The translations under genes were made by a program, and so were the position numbers. Of a stretch of DNA of 64,000 bases, positions 26,694 to 36,761 are shown in pieces. Within the stretch, counting starts at the first letter, position 1; each line of letters opens with the position of its first letter. The notes beneath the pieces were generated by a model. That model had not been told where the DNA came from. It searched no databases and worked only from the letters and a program-made list of their open reading frames with translations. The stretch comes from a bacterium (GTDB taxonomy: Bacteria; Patescibacteriota; Minisyncoccia; Minisyncoccales; JAGGXC01), in assembly GCA_021157625.1 (NCBI GenBank), contig JAGGWD010000005.1, forward strand, positions 2,118 through 66,117. The letters are read 5' to 3'.

Positions 26694-27347
26694 TTTTTGA
26701 ATATCTCTTTTTAGTTCCCATTTAACTTTCTCAAAGATGCTTATATCTTTTTTATGCGGGATTCCTTTTTTATTTTTTACTGCCCAAAAAATCTCTTGCA
26801 CAGATAAATTCTCTCCTTCTATTTCCAAGAAAGCATTACCTACACAATCTGCCTCATGAGCATCAGAACCAGCAGTGCAAGGAAGGTTAAACTTTCTTGC
26901 AAAAAGGAAAGCTTTTTTATTAAAGTAATCAGGTATAGAGGCATTGGTAACCTCTATTGCCAAATTAAGATCAGAAAGATCTCGGAAAATCTTCACTATA
27001 TTGCCCGAAAAACCTCGCAACCATACAAAAGGATGAGCAATGATTGCTAATCCTCCAAGTTTGTTCACTGCAATAATAGTTTCTTTAGCTGAGAGTCCAT
27101 CTGGGATTTTCTCTCTGATATTTATCCCAAGAATATCTCCTTCTTTACTCCTTATCTCAATTCCAGGAATGATGAGTATATCCTTAGAATAATTAAAACT
27201 AAGGGCCTGAAGCGCTCCCTTAGTTTCATGATGATCAGTAATACAGATAGCATCAAGACCTCGAGCAATAGCAGATTCTACTACTTCTCGAGGAGAGCTT
27301 ATCCCATCGTAGGAGAAATTGGTATGAATGTGAAAATCTACTTTCAC
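26667..27347 (-). CDS. PHP-domain metal-dependent phosphoesterase
   Basis: DFHIHTNFSYDG, ITDHH, PGIEI, IAHPF, GSDAH. Confidence 0.88.
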   Translation of the reverse strand: MKVDFHIHTNFSYDGISSPREVVESAIARGLDAICITDHHETKGALQALSFNYSKDILIIPGIEIRSKEGDILGINIREKIPDGLSAKETIIAVNKLGGLAIIAHPFVWLRGFSGNIVKIFRDLSDLNLAIEVTNASIPDYFNKKAFLFARKFNLPCTAGSDAHEADCVGNAFLEIEGENLSVQEIFWAVKNKKGIPHKKDISIFEKVKWELKRDIQKLKNRRIRV

Positions 27348-27348
27348 T

Positions 27349-27891
27349 TTATTTTAACTCAACCTTTGCGCCAGCTGCTTCCAATTTTTTCTTTATTTCC
27401 TCAGCTTCTTCCTTCTTGACATTTTCTTTTATTACCTGTGGACCCTTTGCTACAGCATCCACTAAATCCTTGGCATCTTTTAATCCCTTCTGGGTGATAT
27501 CTCTCACTGCCTTTATCACTTCGATCTTCTTATCTCCTATTCCTGTTAATTCAATAGTAAATACAGATTTCTCCGGAGTTTCTCCACCACCCCCTTGAGC
27601 TGCACCTCCACCAACAGGAGCAGCGACTACTTGAGGGGTAGCAGACACTCCAAACTTTTTCTCTAATACTTTAACCAACTCTGCTAAATCAAGAACGGAT
27701 AAACTCTCTATCTCTTTGACCAACTTCTCAAACTTTTTGGGCACTTCTACTTCTTCCTTTTCTTCCTTTTCTTCCTTTTCTTCCTTTTGTTCCTTTTGTT
27801 CCTTTTGTTCCTTTTCTTCTTTTTCTTCTTTTTGTTCTTTTTGTTCTGTCTTTGTTTCCTCTTTTTTTTCTTCCTTGGTTTCTTCTGCCAT
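27349..27891 (-). CDS. rplL: 50S ribosomal protein L7/L12 with Glu/Lys-rich N-terminal extension
   Basis: [50 protein letters not shown]. Confidence 0.96.
   Translation of the reverse strand: MAEETKEEKKEETKTEQKEQKEEKEEKEQKEQKEQKEEKEEKEEKEEVEVPKKFEKLVKEIESLSVLDLAELVKVLEKKFGVSATPQVVAAPVGGGAAQGGGGETPEKSVFTIELTGIGDKKIEVIKAVRDITQKGLKDAKDLVDAVAKGPQVIKENVKKEEAEEIKKKLEAAGAKVELK
27751..27850. repeat. 9-bp coding tandem repeat (E[E/Q]K)n in the rplL N-terminus
   Basis: Units TTCCTTTT[C/G] and TTCTTTTT[C/G] in register. Confidence 0.85.
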
Positions 27892-27917
27892 AAGAATTTA
27901 TTTAACTAATTAATAAT

Positions 27918-28433
27918 TTATTTTATTGCTCTAAGCACAAAAAGAAGACCTTTAATATTGTTTTCTAAAAGATTAACAAAATTTGAGAGTGGAGCGGAAA
28001 TACTCCCTACTAATCTTGAAAGAAGTTCTTGCCGTGTGGGAATCTTAGCAAGAGCAATAACATCTTCCTTTGTAATAAACTTGTTTTCAAAAACTCCTCC
28101 CAAGATTTTCAGATTATTGTGCTCAGAAGAAAATCGATGAACCACCTTAGCAGGCGATATTTCATCACCAAAACCAAAAACTACGCCTAACTCTCCTTTC
28201 AGTTGATCAATACAGGAAGCCAAAGATTCATCAAAACTCTGAAGTGCTCTTTTAAATAATGTTTTCTTTGACACCTTAAACAAAGAGTCAGATTGTTTCA
28301 GATTTTTTCTTAACTCAAGAAGCTCCTTTACACCAAGACCTGAGAAATCTACAAATATCATCGTTTTCTGACGTTCTATTTTTTCCTTTAAATCTTGGAC
28401 AATTTTTTGTTTTTGTTCTCGAGAAAGAGGCAT
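27918..28433 (-). CDS. rplJ: 50S ribosomal protein L10
   Basis: VDFSGL.V..L.ELR, KVSKKTLF, LAKIPTRQELL; directly upstream of rplL. Confidence 0.95.
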   Translation of the reverse strand: MPLSREQKQKIVQDLKEKIERQKTMIFVDFSGLGVKELLELRKNLKQSDSLFKVSKKTLFKRALQSFDESLASCIDQLKGELGVVFGFGDEISPAKVVHRFSSEHNNLKILGGVFENKFITKEDVIALAKIPTRQELLSRLVGSISAPLSNFVNLLENNIKGLLFVLRAIK

Positions 28434-28457
28434 AATGGTAGATCAAAAAACAAAAAA

Positions 28458-28540
28458 TCTGCTTCCGCAGACAAAAAACAACAAAAAAACTTAATTATCC
28501 TCGGCAGGTCTTATTTTAATGCCTGCTGTCTGCGGATAAA
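28458..28540 (-). promoter_or_regulatory. L10 leader (r-protein autoregulatory RNA)
   Basis: Minus strand CCGCAGACAGCAGG...CCTGCCGAGG matches the L10-leader pattern; downstream GTCTGCGGA is complementary to TCCGCAGAC; lies directly 5' of rplJ. Confidence 0.8.
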
Positions 28541-28564
28541 GACAATTCTATTATAACCAAATCT

Positions 28565-29227
28565 TTATTGAGCTGTCAATACTCTTATAATTTCCTGAGC
28601 AAACTCTCTTGCTGCACCAGGACCATTAGCAGTAATTATCTTTCCATCTATAACTACGGGTTGATTATAATATAAAGCACCGTATTCCTCTAATGTTTTA
28701 ATTCCACTTTTATCCAATGGGCTTGACCATACTGTAGCCTTCTTTCCATTAAGCACTCCGGCTTTGGCAAGAATCACAGGAGAAATACATATGGAAGCAA
28801 GCACTTTATTAGCAGAGATAGTCTCTTTAATTAATCTATAAGAACTTTCATTATCTAAGTATTTCAAACATCCAGGTCCACCCACAAACACTATAGCATC
28901 AAAATCTCCAGCTTTCACTTGATCTACAACCATATTAACAATTGTTTCTCCGCCATCTGCACCAATTGCTGTTCCTTCAGAAGTGCTAATAGTTACTATC
29001 CTAGCACCTTCATTCTCTAAGATCTGCTTGGGAGTAAAATACTCTTCATCTCGAAAATCTCTAAAGGCTATTACCATCGCTATCTTTTTGTCTTTTAACG
29101 GTTTTTCTTCCATAAGTCTTTCTTGAACAAAATTCTTCTCTTGTTTGGGATGAAACTTCTCAAGAAATATAACTCCACTTATCAAGAGTATACCTATTAT
29201 TATCAAGAAAGTAAAGACTTTTTTCAT
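28565..29227 (-). CDS. DJ-1/PfpI family protein with N-terminal membrane anchor
   Basis: FRDEEY, FVGGPG, SICISP nucleophile elbow, ITANGP. Confidence 0.88.
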   Translation of the reverse strand: MKKVFTFLIIIGILLISGVIFLEKFHPKQEKNFVQERLMEEKPLKDKKIAMVIAFRDFRDEEYFTPKQILENEGARIVTISTSEGTAIGADGGETIVNMVVDQVKAGDFDAIVFVGGPGCLKYLDNESSYRLIKETISANKVLASICISPVILAKAGVLNGKKATVWSSPLDKSGIKTLEEYGALYYNQPVVIDGKIITANGPGAAREFAQEIIRVLTAQ

Positions 29228-30282
29228 GTTTTCTGATTATTGTTATTCTTCTTTTCTTTTTTGAGACGTTCTATCTCCTTTTTGAGTTCTATCATCTTAA
29301 GTTCTCGACCAACAGTCAGTTTAAACCATTTATTCAATTCCTCTACTTTTTCCTCTAACTCTTTCTTGGTTTTTCTTTCTCTCTCTCTGGCTCGAAATAT
29401 TTCTTCTGCGCTCCTGTTGAGGTCTTTGGATAAAGCAAGCACTTCTTTATAGGAACTTCCGGTAAAATATTGGGCTTTCTTTTCTTGGGGAAGTCTTGCT
29501 ACGAATTCTTTTATTTCCTCAAATACTGAATAGATTGAAGAAAACAACATTCTTCCTATTATGGCAATCATAACAAAAGCAAGACAAGAAAGAGTAATTA
29601 AAAAAAGGGATAATTGAGAGGGAGGGACGAAACTTAAGAGAATGATAGTTATCAAAAAAAGCAAAAATATAAAATAATGAAACCTGTTTTCCAAACTAAA
29701 CAATTCCATCTCTTCTCTTGGCTTTATTCCTCTTTTACTTAATATTTTTCTGCACTCTCGCAATAGATCGTTTATAAAGAAAGCCTCAACTGAAAAGATA
29801 GAAAATAATGCCACAAAGGCTAAATAAATTAAACCACCAACTACAATAACAATTAAATTGAATCTGGAAGTTTTCAAGAAAGCCATCGTAAGGGTTGTTA
29901 GAACAATTACTGCACCTCCGTATATCAACGAATTTATTAGATTAGTAATCGGTTCTTTTTTCAAGACGCAAAAGAGCTCCTCTAGCTGTTGATTTGTCAA
30001 AGAAGGGTCTATATGACCATTTACTATATAAGAATTAATAATGCGGGCATTTTTTTGCTCCATTTTGAGCTTCAATAATCTTGCTCCTCCATTGAAGAGA
30101 ACTCTAAACAATTCCGAGCAAAGTAGATAATAAAGCCATAGAAATATAAAAATTTTCTCTACATCAGGCGATTCAAAGTCAGCATGCGCTAAAATAAAGA
30201 AGAACCCAAAAAGACCACACAAAAATGCCCAAATCTCTATTCTTGGTAGGAAATATTTAAAATAGAAATTTCTTTCTTTCAC
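29224..30282 (-). CDS. multi-pass membrane protein with HAMP-like region and VGRELKMIELK coiled-coil tail
   Basis: About 6 TM segments, then EVLALSKDLN and ELNKWFKLTVGRELKMIELKKE; no catalytic output domain. Confidence 0.7.
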   Translation of the reverse strand: MKERNFYFKYFLPRIEIWAFLCGLFGFFFILAHADFESPDVEKIFIFLWLYYLLCSELFRVLFNGGARLLKLKMEQKNARIINSYIVNGHIDPSLTNQQLEELFCVLKKEPITNLINSLIYGGAVIVLTTLTMAFLKTSRFNLIVIVVGGLIYLAFVALFSIFSVEAFFINDLLRECRKILSKRGIKPREEMELFSLENRFHYFIFLLFLITIILLSFVPPSQLSLFLITLSCLAFVMIAIIGRMLFSSIYSVFEEIKEFVARLPQEKKAQYFTGSSYKEVLALSKDLNRSAEEIFRARERERKTKKELEEKVEELNKWFKLTVGRELKMIELKKEIERLKKEKKNNNNQKT

Positions 30283-30294
30283 AGATCCTTTAAC

Positions 30295-31323
30295 TTAATT
30301 ATTGTTTTTTAGGTATTTTGCTTTAGCAATATTGTGTTCTTCTAAAGTTCTACTGAATATTGTTCTTCCATCAGGGGCAGATAAATAGTAAAGGTATTCA
30401 CTATCTTTATAATATATCGAAGCTAAAATACTTTCAAATCCTGGATTGCAAATCGGAGCCGGTGGTAGACCTTTGTATTTATAAGTATTGTATGGAGAAT
30501 CAATCTCGGTTTCTTTTTTGGATATAAACGTTGTTTTTTTTCCAATAATGTAGGTAATAGTGGCATCTACCTGTAAAGGAATACCAATCTTTAGCCTCTT
30601 CCATAAAATTCCAGCAACAAGTTTTTTGTCCTCTAAACTTTTTACTTCTTTTTCAAGCAAAGAAGCCATTGTTACTATTTCAAATATTGTCTTTCCTTGG
30701 CGAGCAATTTCTTTTCTTAGTTCGGGAGTTAGTTTTTTGCCGAAATTATCAAGCATCATCTCAACAATTTCCTCTGGAGTCATATCTCTTTCTATAAAAT
30801 AAGTGTCGGGAAAAAGATACCCTTCAAGGCCAACATTTTTAGGTTTATCTTCCAAAAAATTATATTTATCACTAAAATCCATTGCTTTGGAAGAATGTTT
30901 GGTTTTAGGAAAATCAACTACCTCCAAAAACTCTTCTGGCGCACAAATCCCTTTTTTGCCAAGATACAAAGCAATATCTCTTGCCCTCCATCCCTCAATG
31001 ATGGTTATTTTCTCTTTCAATGTTTTTCCACAAACCAGTTTATCTACAATCTCATCGATACTCATCGAAGGACTTAATTGATACGCACCTGCCTGAATAT
31101 TTCTCAACTGTCTTGTAAGGATCAAATATAAAAGAAAAAGGGCTTTATTTTTTATTATCCCTTCTTCTTCTAAATGCTGAGCAATTTCCTCTATTCCTTC
31201 TCCTTTATTTATTAAAAATATTTTTTCTTCCTGAGAATAAGAATCTTTTGGCAGATAAATTCCTTGCCAAACATACAAGACTCCTAATAGAGATATAAAA
31301 ATAATTATGATGAATTGTCTCAT
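30295..31323 (-). CDS. mltG: endolytic transglycosylase MltG
   Basis: LEGYLFPDTY, MASLLEKE, LQVDAT, SPYNTY..GLPP.PICNPG. Confidence 0.95.
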   Translation of the reverse strand: MRQFIIIIFISLLGVLYVWQGIYLPKDSYSQEEKIFLINKGEGIEEIAQHLEEEGIIKNKALFLLYLILTRQLRNIQAGAYQLSPSMSIDEIVDKLVCGKTLKEKITIIEGWRARDIALYLGKKGICAPEEFLEVVDFPKTKHSSKAMDFSDKYNFLEDKPKNVGLEGYLFPDTYFIERDMTPEEIVEMMLDNFGKKLTPELRKEIARQGKTIFEIVTMASLLEKEVKSLEDKKLVAGILWKRLKIGIPLQVDATITYIIGKKTTFISKKETEIDSPYNTYKYKGLPPAPICNPGFESILASIYYKDSEYLYYLSAPDGRTIFSRTLEEHNIAKAKYLKNNN

Positions 31324-31937
31324 CTCTCAATTAAAGGCACAAAAGCAAATCCTGGAAATTCCTTTTCTTCGAACTCTTCATTAGATTTTTTCAAAAAAAC
31401 CCAAATAGAAGAACGGATAGGAGTGACAATCCTTCCTCCAATTTTCAGCTGCTCTTTCCATGCTTCAGGAAGTTCATTCTGAATTGCAGCTGAACAAAGG
31501 ATCCTATCAAAAGGGGCTTGCTTTGGGTACCCTTTTGATCCATCAGCACACACAATCTCAACCCTTCCTTCTTTTACAAAATTGTACTTTGAGACATTAT
31601 TCCTTCCAAACTCCGCTAATTCAGGAATTAATTCAACTCCAATAACTTTCCCTTTCTTGCCAACAATTTCTGCCAGAAGAGCAGTAGTCCATCCAGACCC
31701 TGAACCTATATCTAAAATTTTATTCCCCTCCTGAGGGTTTAATTTTTCAAGCATAAAAGCTACCACTAAAGGCTGAGATATGGTCTGACCAAATCCTATT
31801 GGTAGAGCTTCATTGAGATCTGCAAGATCTTTGATTTTGGCAGGCAAAAAATCTTTTCTTTTGATCTTTTCAAAAGCTCTTATTATTCGAGGCTGAGAAA
31901 GCCAACCTTCGCTGATCAAAGTATCAATCAAGTCCAT
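31320..31937 (-). CDS. pcm: protein-L-isoaspartate O-methyltransferase
   Basis: GQTISQP, LDIGSGSGW, DGSKG...APFDRI, FVPL. Confidence 0.93.
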   Translation of the reverse strand: MDLIDTLISEGWLSQPRIIRAFEKIKRKDFLPAKIKDLADLNEALPIGFGQTISQPLVVAFMLEKLNPQEGNKILDIGSGSGWTTALLAEIVGKKGKVIGVELIPELAEFGRNNVSKYNFVKEGRVEIVCADGSKGYPKQAPFDRILCSAAIQNELPEAWKEQLKIGGRIVTPIRSSIWVFLKKSNEEFEEKEFPGFAFVPLIER

Positions 31938-32016
31938 ATTTTAATATTATAACCTTCTTTATAAAAATAAAAAAGAAAAGATTTGTCTTTGTTTTGATCT
32001 ATACTACAAACAATTT

Positions 32017-33273
32017 TTACTCGTATCGCAAGGCTTCAATTGGACTCAATTGGGAAGCCTTTCTTGCAGGATATATCCCAAATACCAAACCAACAACAAC
32101 CGCTACTCCAACTCCCAGCACTATTGCTTTAAGAGAGATGAAAAACTTCCATTGCATATATAGCATTTTTCCAAATACCAATGATCCAAAGAAAGAGCCT
32201 AATATTCCAAGCACTATGCCAACAACACCTCCCACAGAAGTCAAAACAATGGCTTCAATCAAGAATTGATAAAGAATATCTTTTTTTCTAGCCCCCACTG
32301 CTTTCCTTAATCCTATCTCTTTTGTCCTTTCTGTTACAGAAACAAGCATTATATTCATTATCCCGATTCCTCCAACAACCAACGCAATGGCAGCAATACT
32401 TGAAAGAAATAGAGTAAATACTCCCATTACAGAACTCAAGATGTTGGCAGCCTCAACCTGACTCATTACTTTAAAATCATCTTTTGTTAAATCTCCCGTG
32501 GGATTATATATATTGTGCCTCTCTCGTAAGAGAAGACGGATATCTTCTACAGCTTCATCTATTACATCCTTACTTTTTGCTTTGGCAACTATCCATTTAA
32601 GGTGATCTATTCCCAAAAGTAGCTTTTGGGCTGTGGTAACTGGCACATAGACAAACTCATCCAAGTCCATAAATGTTTGGGTACCTCTCTCCTCAAGCAC
32701 TCCTATTACTCTAAAGTTGGTTTTTTTAATTCTTATAATCTTTCCAATAGGATTCTCATTACCAAATAAATCTTGAGCAATTTTGTAACCCAAAACAGCT
32801 ACCCTAGCCTGGCTTTTTACCTCTGCCTCTGTAAAATCCCTTCCCAGGGTCACCTCAGTTGCTTCTATTATATGAGCAGCTGGTGTAGTACCAATGAAGG
32901 TGACTTTTTTACTGACATCTTTATAAATCACCTTTTCTACCCCAATAACAAATGGAGCTACTTCTTCTATTTCCGGCAGATTTTTGATTGCTTGGGCATC
33001 GCTTATCTTCAAAGTCTTTATCTCAGCCTCTTCCATCCTTGCCTCCATTATCGAAGTCTTCTTTGGATCAAAAGCCCCCGGTTCAATAAAAATATTATTT
33101 GAACCCATCGACATAATTTGGCCTACTATCAAATGCTGAGCACCAGCACCAAGAGACATCATTGCTACTACCGCTGCTATTCCAATAACAATACCGAGTA
33201 TCGTCAGAAAAGAGCGAACTTTGTTTGTCTTTAGAGCAACCCAAGCGACTTTGAATGAATAGAGAATACTCAT
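32017..33273 (-). CDS. ABC exporter permease, MacB/FtsX family
   Basis: RSFLTILGIVIGI, GGIGIMNIMLVSVTERTKEIGLRKAVGA, PIEALRYE. Confidence 0.92.
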   Translation of the reverse strand: MSILYSFKVAWVALKTNKVRSFLTILGIVIGIAAVVAMMSLGAGAQHLIVGQIMSMGSNNIFIEPGAFDPKKTSIMEARMEEAEIKTLKISDAQAIKNLPEIEEVAPFVIGVEKVIYKDVSKKVTFIGTTPAAHIIEATEVTLGRDFTEAEVKSQARVAVLGYKIAQDLFGNENPIGKIIRIKKTNFRVIGVLEERGTQTFMDLDEFVYVPVTTAQKLLLGIDHLKWIVAKAKSKDVIDEAVEDIRLLLRERHNIYNPTGDLTKDDFKVMSQVEAANILSSVMGVFTLFLSSIAAIALVVGGIGIMNIMLVSVTERTKEIGLRKAVGARKKDILYQFLIEAIVLTSVGGVVGIVLGILGSFFGSLVFGKMLYMQWKFFISLKAIVLGVGVAVVVGLVFGIYPARKASQLSPIEALRYE

Positions 33274-33282
33274 AGTCTTGAT

Positions 33283-33990
33283 TTATTTAATAAGTCCATC
33301 TTTTGCTAGCCTTCGATGAGCAACAATTTGATCATCAACGATTCTTCCATCTTTTAGCTGAATGATACGCTTGGCCATCTGAGCAGTATATTTCTCATGG
33401 GTTACCAAAATAATAGTATGACCTTGATCGTTCAAATTTTGCAAAATATCCATTATTTGCTGACCTGATTTACTATCCAAGTTTCCTGTGGGCTCATCGG
33501 CAAATATAACAGAAGGATGATTAACAATAGCACGAGCAATAGCTACCCTTTGCTGTTCTCCTCCTGATAGTTGGTTGGGATAATGAAATAGTCTATGAGA
33601 GAGGCCAACTTTTTTTAATGCCTCTCGGGCCATTCTATCTTGTTGTTCTCTTGCAATACCCGAATAAAGAAGAGGGAGTTTTACATTATCTAATACAGTT
33701 GTTCGAGGAAGTAAGTTAAAACTCTGAAATACAAATCCCATTTCTTTGTTTCTGATTCGAGCTAGTTGATCATCGTCTAGTTCATCAATACTTTTGCCTC
33801 TAAATTTATAAACTCCCGAAGTAGGTCTATCCAAAAAACCCATAATGTGCATAAGAGTTGACTTTCCCGAACCTGAAGGTCCTACAATAGCTACAAACTC
33901 TCCTTCTTTTATCAGAAAAGAAACCCCATCTAAAGCAACAGTGGGGACAATACCAGGATATATTTTCTTTATATCCTTTGCTTCTATCAT
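33283..33990 (-). CDS. ABC exporter ATPase, MacB/LolD family
   Basis: [32 protein letters not shown]. Confidence 0.93.
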   Translation of the reverse strand: MIEAKDIKKIYPGIVPTVALDGVSFLIKEGEFVAIVGPSGSGKSTLMHIMGFLDRPTSGVYKFRGKSIDELDDDQLARIRNKEMGFVFQSFNLLPRTTVLDNVKLPLLYSGIAREQQDRMAREALKKVGLSHRLFHYPNQLSGGEQQRVAIARAIVNHPSVIFADEPTGNLDSKSGQQIMDILQNLNDQGHTIILVTHEKYTAQMAKRIIQLKDGRIVDDQIVAHRRLAKDGLIK

Positions 33991-33994
33991 TCTA

Positions 33995-35626
33995 TTATTT
34001 TTTCTTTAAAAACGTAATTACTTTATCTCCCTCCTTCAGACCTGAGATGATCTCAACATAGCCATCGCTTCCTTTCAAACCAACAGAAACCTCTATCAAT
34101 TTATATCCCTTCTTGTACGGAACTCTCACGAAAGTCTTTTTATCTTGGTGCAATACTGCCCTTGAGGGAATTGCAAGTACATTGCTTCGAGAATCAGTAA
34201 CGATATCTACGTTGGCAGTCATTCCTGGTTTTATTCTTTTATCTGTTGTATCAAGACTAACTTTACTTTTGTAATATACAACCCCACCTATTATAGTCTG
34301 GGCAGGATCAATTTCTATTACTCTTCCTGAAAATTCCACCCCCGCAAAAGCATCAAGAGTAATCTTTGCTGGATTGCCTAATCTCATTTTTCCTATATCT
34401 ACTTCAGCAATATCTAACTCAATTTGAAAGGGATTGGAAGGAATCAAGACAATAACTGGTTCTCCTATCATTACTTGTTCTCCAATCTCTTTATTAATTT
34501 TTACCACCTGCCCATCAACCGGACTTCTTAAGGTAGCTTTATAAATTTGATCCTCAAGCAATCGGACTTTGGCTTTTGCTTGATCTAATTTAGCTTGATA
34601 CAAATCAATATCTTCTTGACGTGGCTTCGCAAGTTTGAGCGCTAATTCATCTTGGGCACTTTTTAGCGCACCTTGAGCCGAATCAACAGCAGCTTGGGCG
34701 CTATCAATAATTGATTTATTGGTTATCTTAGTTAAAGATATAGTTTGTTGAGAGTTTATCACATTGGCCAAAGATGTATTAATGTAGGTTTTGTCAGTGT
34801 CTAAATAACTCTTATAAGTAGAAGAAACCACATTTTTCCATGCTGGTTTCTCACAAGTTTCTCGAATACTGGCCAAGGCATTATATACCCTCTCAAGAGC
34901 AGTTTTGGTCTTCGAAATTGCGACATCAATATTTTCATTTGTGGGATTTTGTTTTGCCACACTTAAATAGTGTTCTATCTGTTTTCTTGCATCATTAATT
35001 ATGGATTTCTGTTCTCTTACATTTATACTATCTTGATCATTTGAGGTAAAATAAGTTCTTTGAATCAAATCTACATCACTAGCGGCAGCAGAAACTTTAA
35101 TCTCTGCACTATCTAAAACAGTCAGAGCACTCTCATATGCTGAACGAAGATTTTCCGCTGCTTTTGTTTTTGCGTTTTCTAAATCTTTTTGAGCATTTTC
35201 TAAAGAAATTTGGGCATTCTCTACAGCAGTTCGAGCAATCTGAATTTCCTCAGGTCTAGCACCAGCAAGCAATTTATCCAATTGTGCCTGTGCTAATTTT
35301 AAAGAGGCTTTTGCCTCATCAAGCTGAATACTGAGTTGAGTAGTACTAAGTTTCATTAATTTTTCTCCTTTCCTAACCTTGTCTCCGATTTTGACATAAA
35401 TTTTCTCTATTCTGCCTCCTTCTTCAAACCCTAAATTTATCTCCTCTCCTTTCTTTACTTGACCAACAGCAGAAACTTCTTGAACAATATCTCTTCTCTC
35501 AACCTGAGCCAAACTATATAGATTGTTTTCTCCAGAGACAAAAACTTTATATACTCCTCCTATAATTAGAATCATTGCCGAGATAATAAAAACGATGATT
35601 TTTGGTTTTTTTAATATCTCCAACAT
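33995..35626 (-). CDS. efflux periplasmic adaptor (MacA/HlyD-like, long coiled coil)
   Basis: N-terminal TM, GRIEKIYVKIGDKV lipoyl half-motif, SPVDGQV, PGMTANV, GLKEGDKV. Confidence 0.88.
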   Translation of the reverse strand: MLEILKKPKIIVFIISAMILIIGGVYKVFVSGENNLYSLAQVERRDIVQEVSAVGQVKKGEEINLGFEEGGRIEKIYVKIGDKVRKGEKLMKLSTTQLSIQLDEAKASLKLAQAQLDKLLAGARPEEIQIARTAVENAQISLENAQKDLENAKTKAAENLRSAYESALTVLDSAEIKVSAAASDVDLIQRTYFTSNDQDSINVREQKSIINDARKQIEHYLSVAKQNPTNENIDVAISKTKTALERVYNALASIRETCEKPAWKNVVSSTYKSYLDTDKTYINTSLANVINSQQTISLTKITNKSIIDSAQAAVDSAQGALKSAQDELALKLAKPRQEDIDLYQAKLDQAKAKVRLLEDQIYKATLRSPVDGQVVKINKEIGEQVMIGEPVIVLIPSNPFQIELDIAEVDIGKMRLGNPAKITLDAFAGVEFSGRVIEIDPAQTIIGGVVYYKSKVSLDTTDKRIKPGMTANVDIVTDSRSNVLAIPSRAVLHQDKKTFVRVPYKKGYKLIEVSVGLKGSDGYVEIISGLKEGDKVITFLKKK

Positions 35627-35769
35627 ATTCTCAATTCTATAATAAAACAATCAAAAAATCAAAAAAGACTCTTCATTACTTTTTATTGGAAATCTCAAGC
35701 AAACAGCAAAAAATAAACACAGCAAAGCCAATTGCCAAATACATCCTCAAAGAGAACGCTCAGAAAAAA

Positions 35770-36417
35770 TTAATTTTCTTTAACAGAAACTTCTCTCTGA
35801 TAATCAAAATAAGAGAAAACAACTAAGTAAGCAGAAACAAAGATCACAGGAACAATAACAAAATATATAGCCTGGTGTGAGAAAAAAATTCCAATAAAAG
35901 CAAGGATGCCGGAGATCTTAAACAATTTAGATGCTCTTTGATGGGTATGTTCCCATACTTTTTCACTGCTCAGAGTCCAGGGAGTTTTTATTCCAATAAA
36001 CCAGTTTCTTTTTGCTTGTGAGAAGAGAGTGCCAAGATAATAAAAGAATAATCCAATAGCAGGAGGTATACATCTACTCATATTGATCTTCCAGCCAAGA
36101 TTATATAAAACACTCAAAAGATAAATATAAAAAAGGAATATTATCAAGAGCAGAAAAAAGAAATCATAATACCTTCTAAACTTTTCAATGTTTTCTTTTA
36201 GTGGATCAATCTTTGGAATTAGCCAAAAAAGCAACACCAAACCTGCCAAAATAAAGGGCATCAAAAACAAAGCTACATGCTTTGGTAAATATCCATCTGC
36301 CTTACCCAAAACATTCCAGTGAGAAACCATTTTAGAAGGCATTTTAGGTAAAAACCAAACACCAATTAAAAAAGAGAGCAGAATTATAGAGAGAATAGCT
36401 ATCTTAATTATCCTCAT
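35770..36417 (-). CDS. SdpI family membrane protein (DUF1648 + SdpI)
   Basis: SHWN..G.ADG, IDP...N, RNWFIGIKTPWTL....W..TH. Confidence 0.88.
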   Translation of the reverse strand: MRIIKIAILSIILLSFLIGVWFLPKMPSKMVSHWNVLGKADGYLPKHVALFLMPFILAGLVLLFWLIPKIDPLKENIEKFRRYYDFFFLLLIIFLFYIYLLSVLYNLGWKINMSRCIPPAIGLFFYYLGTLFSQAKRNWFIGIKTPWTLSSEKVWEHTHQRASKLFKISGILAFIGIFFSHQAIYFVIVPVIFVSAYLVVFSYFDYQREVSVKEN

Positions 36418-36755
36418 TTTTTGATTAGTTTAATACCCAATTCAGAGATACGAGCTCCACCAAAAATTAAAATTCCGGCAAAAAGTGACCAACTAATCAA
36501 GTTAAGAAGCCTAAGTAACTCTTCTGTTGGAACTACTGATTTGATCTGCTCTCTTATTATTTGTTTCATCTGCTCTTCTAAATCTTGAGGTGGCAGAACC
36601 TGAGTTATCTCATTTTTATTTTCTGAATGAGGAACAAAAATCTGAGGAGGAAGGGTTCTAGCTGTAAAAATATTAAATGAAGTAAAAAGAGCCCAGATTA
36701 TTATCAAAATTCCTACCGTAATTAAAATCCAACCAATGATTTTTTCTAGAGACAT
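36414..36755 (-). CDS. hypothetical two-TM membrane protein
   Basis: Two hydrophobic segments; overlaps the neighbouring ORF in an operon-like arrangement. Confidence 0.7.
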   Translation of the reverse strand: MSLEKIIGWILITVGILIIIWALFTSFNIFTARTLPPQIFVPHSENKNEITQVLPPQDLEEQMKQIIREQIKSVVPTEELLRLLNLISWSLFAGILIFGGARISELGIKLIKK

Positions 36756-36761
36756 ATTGTT

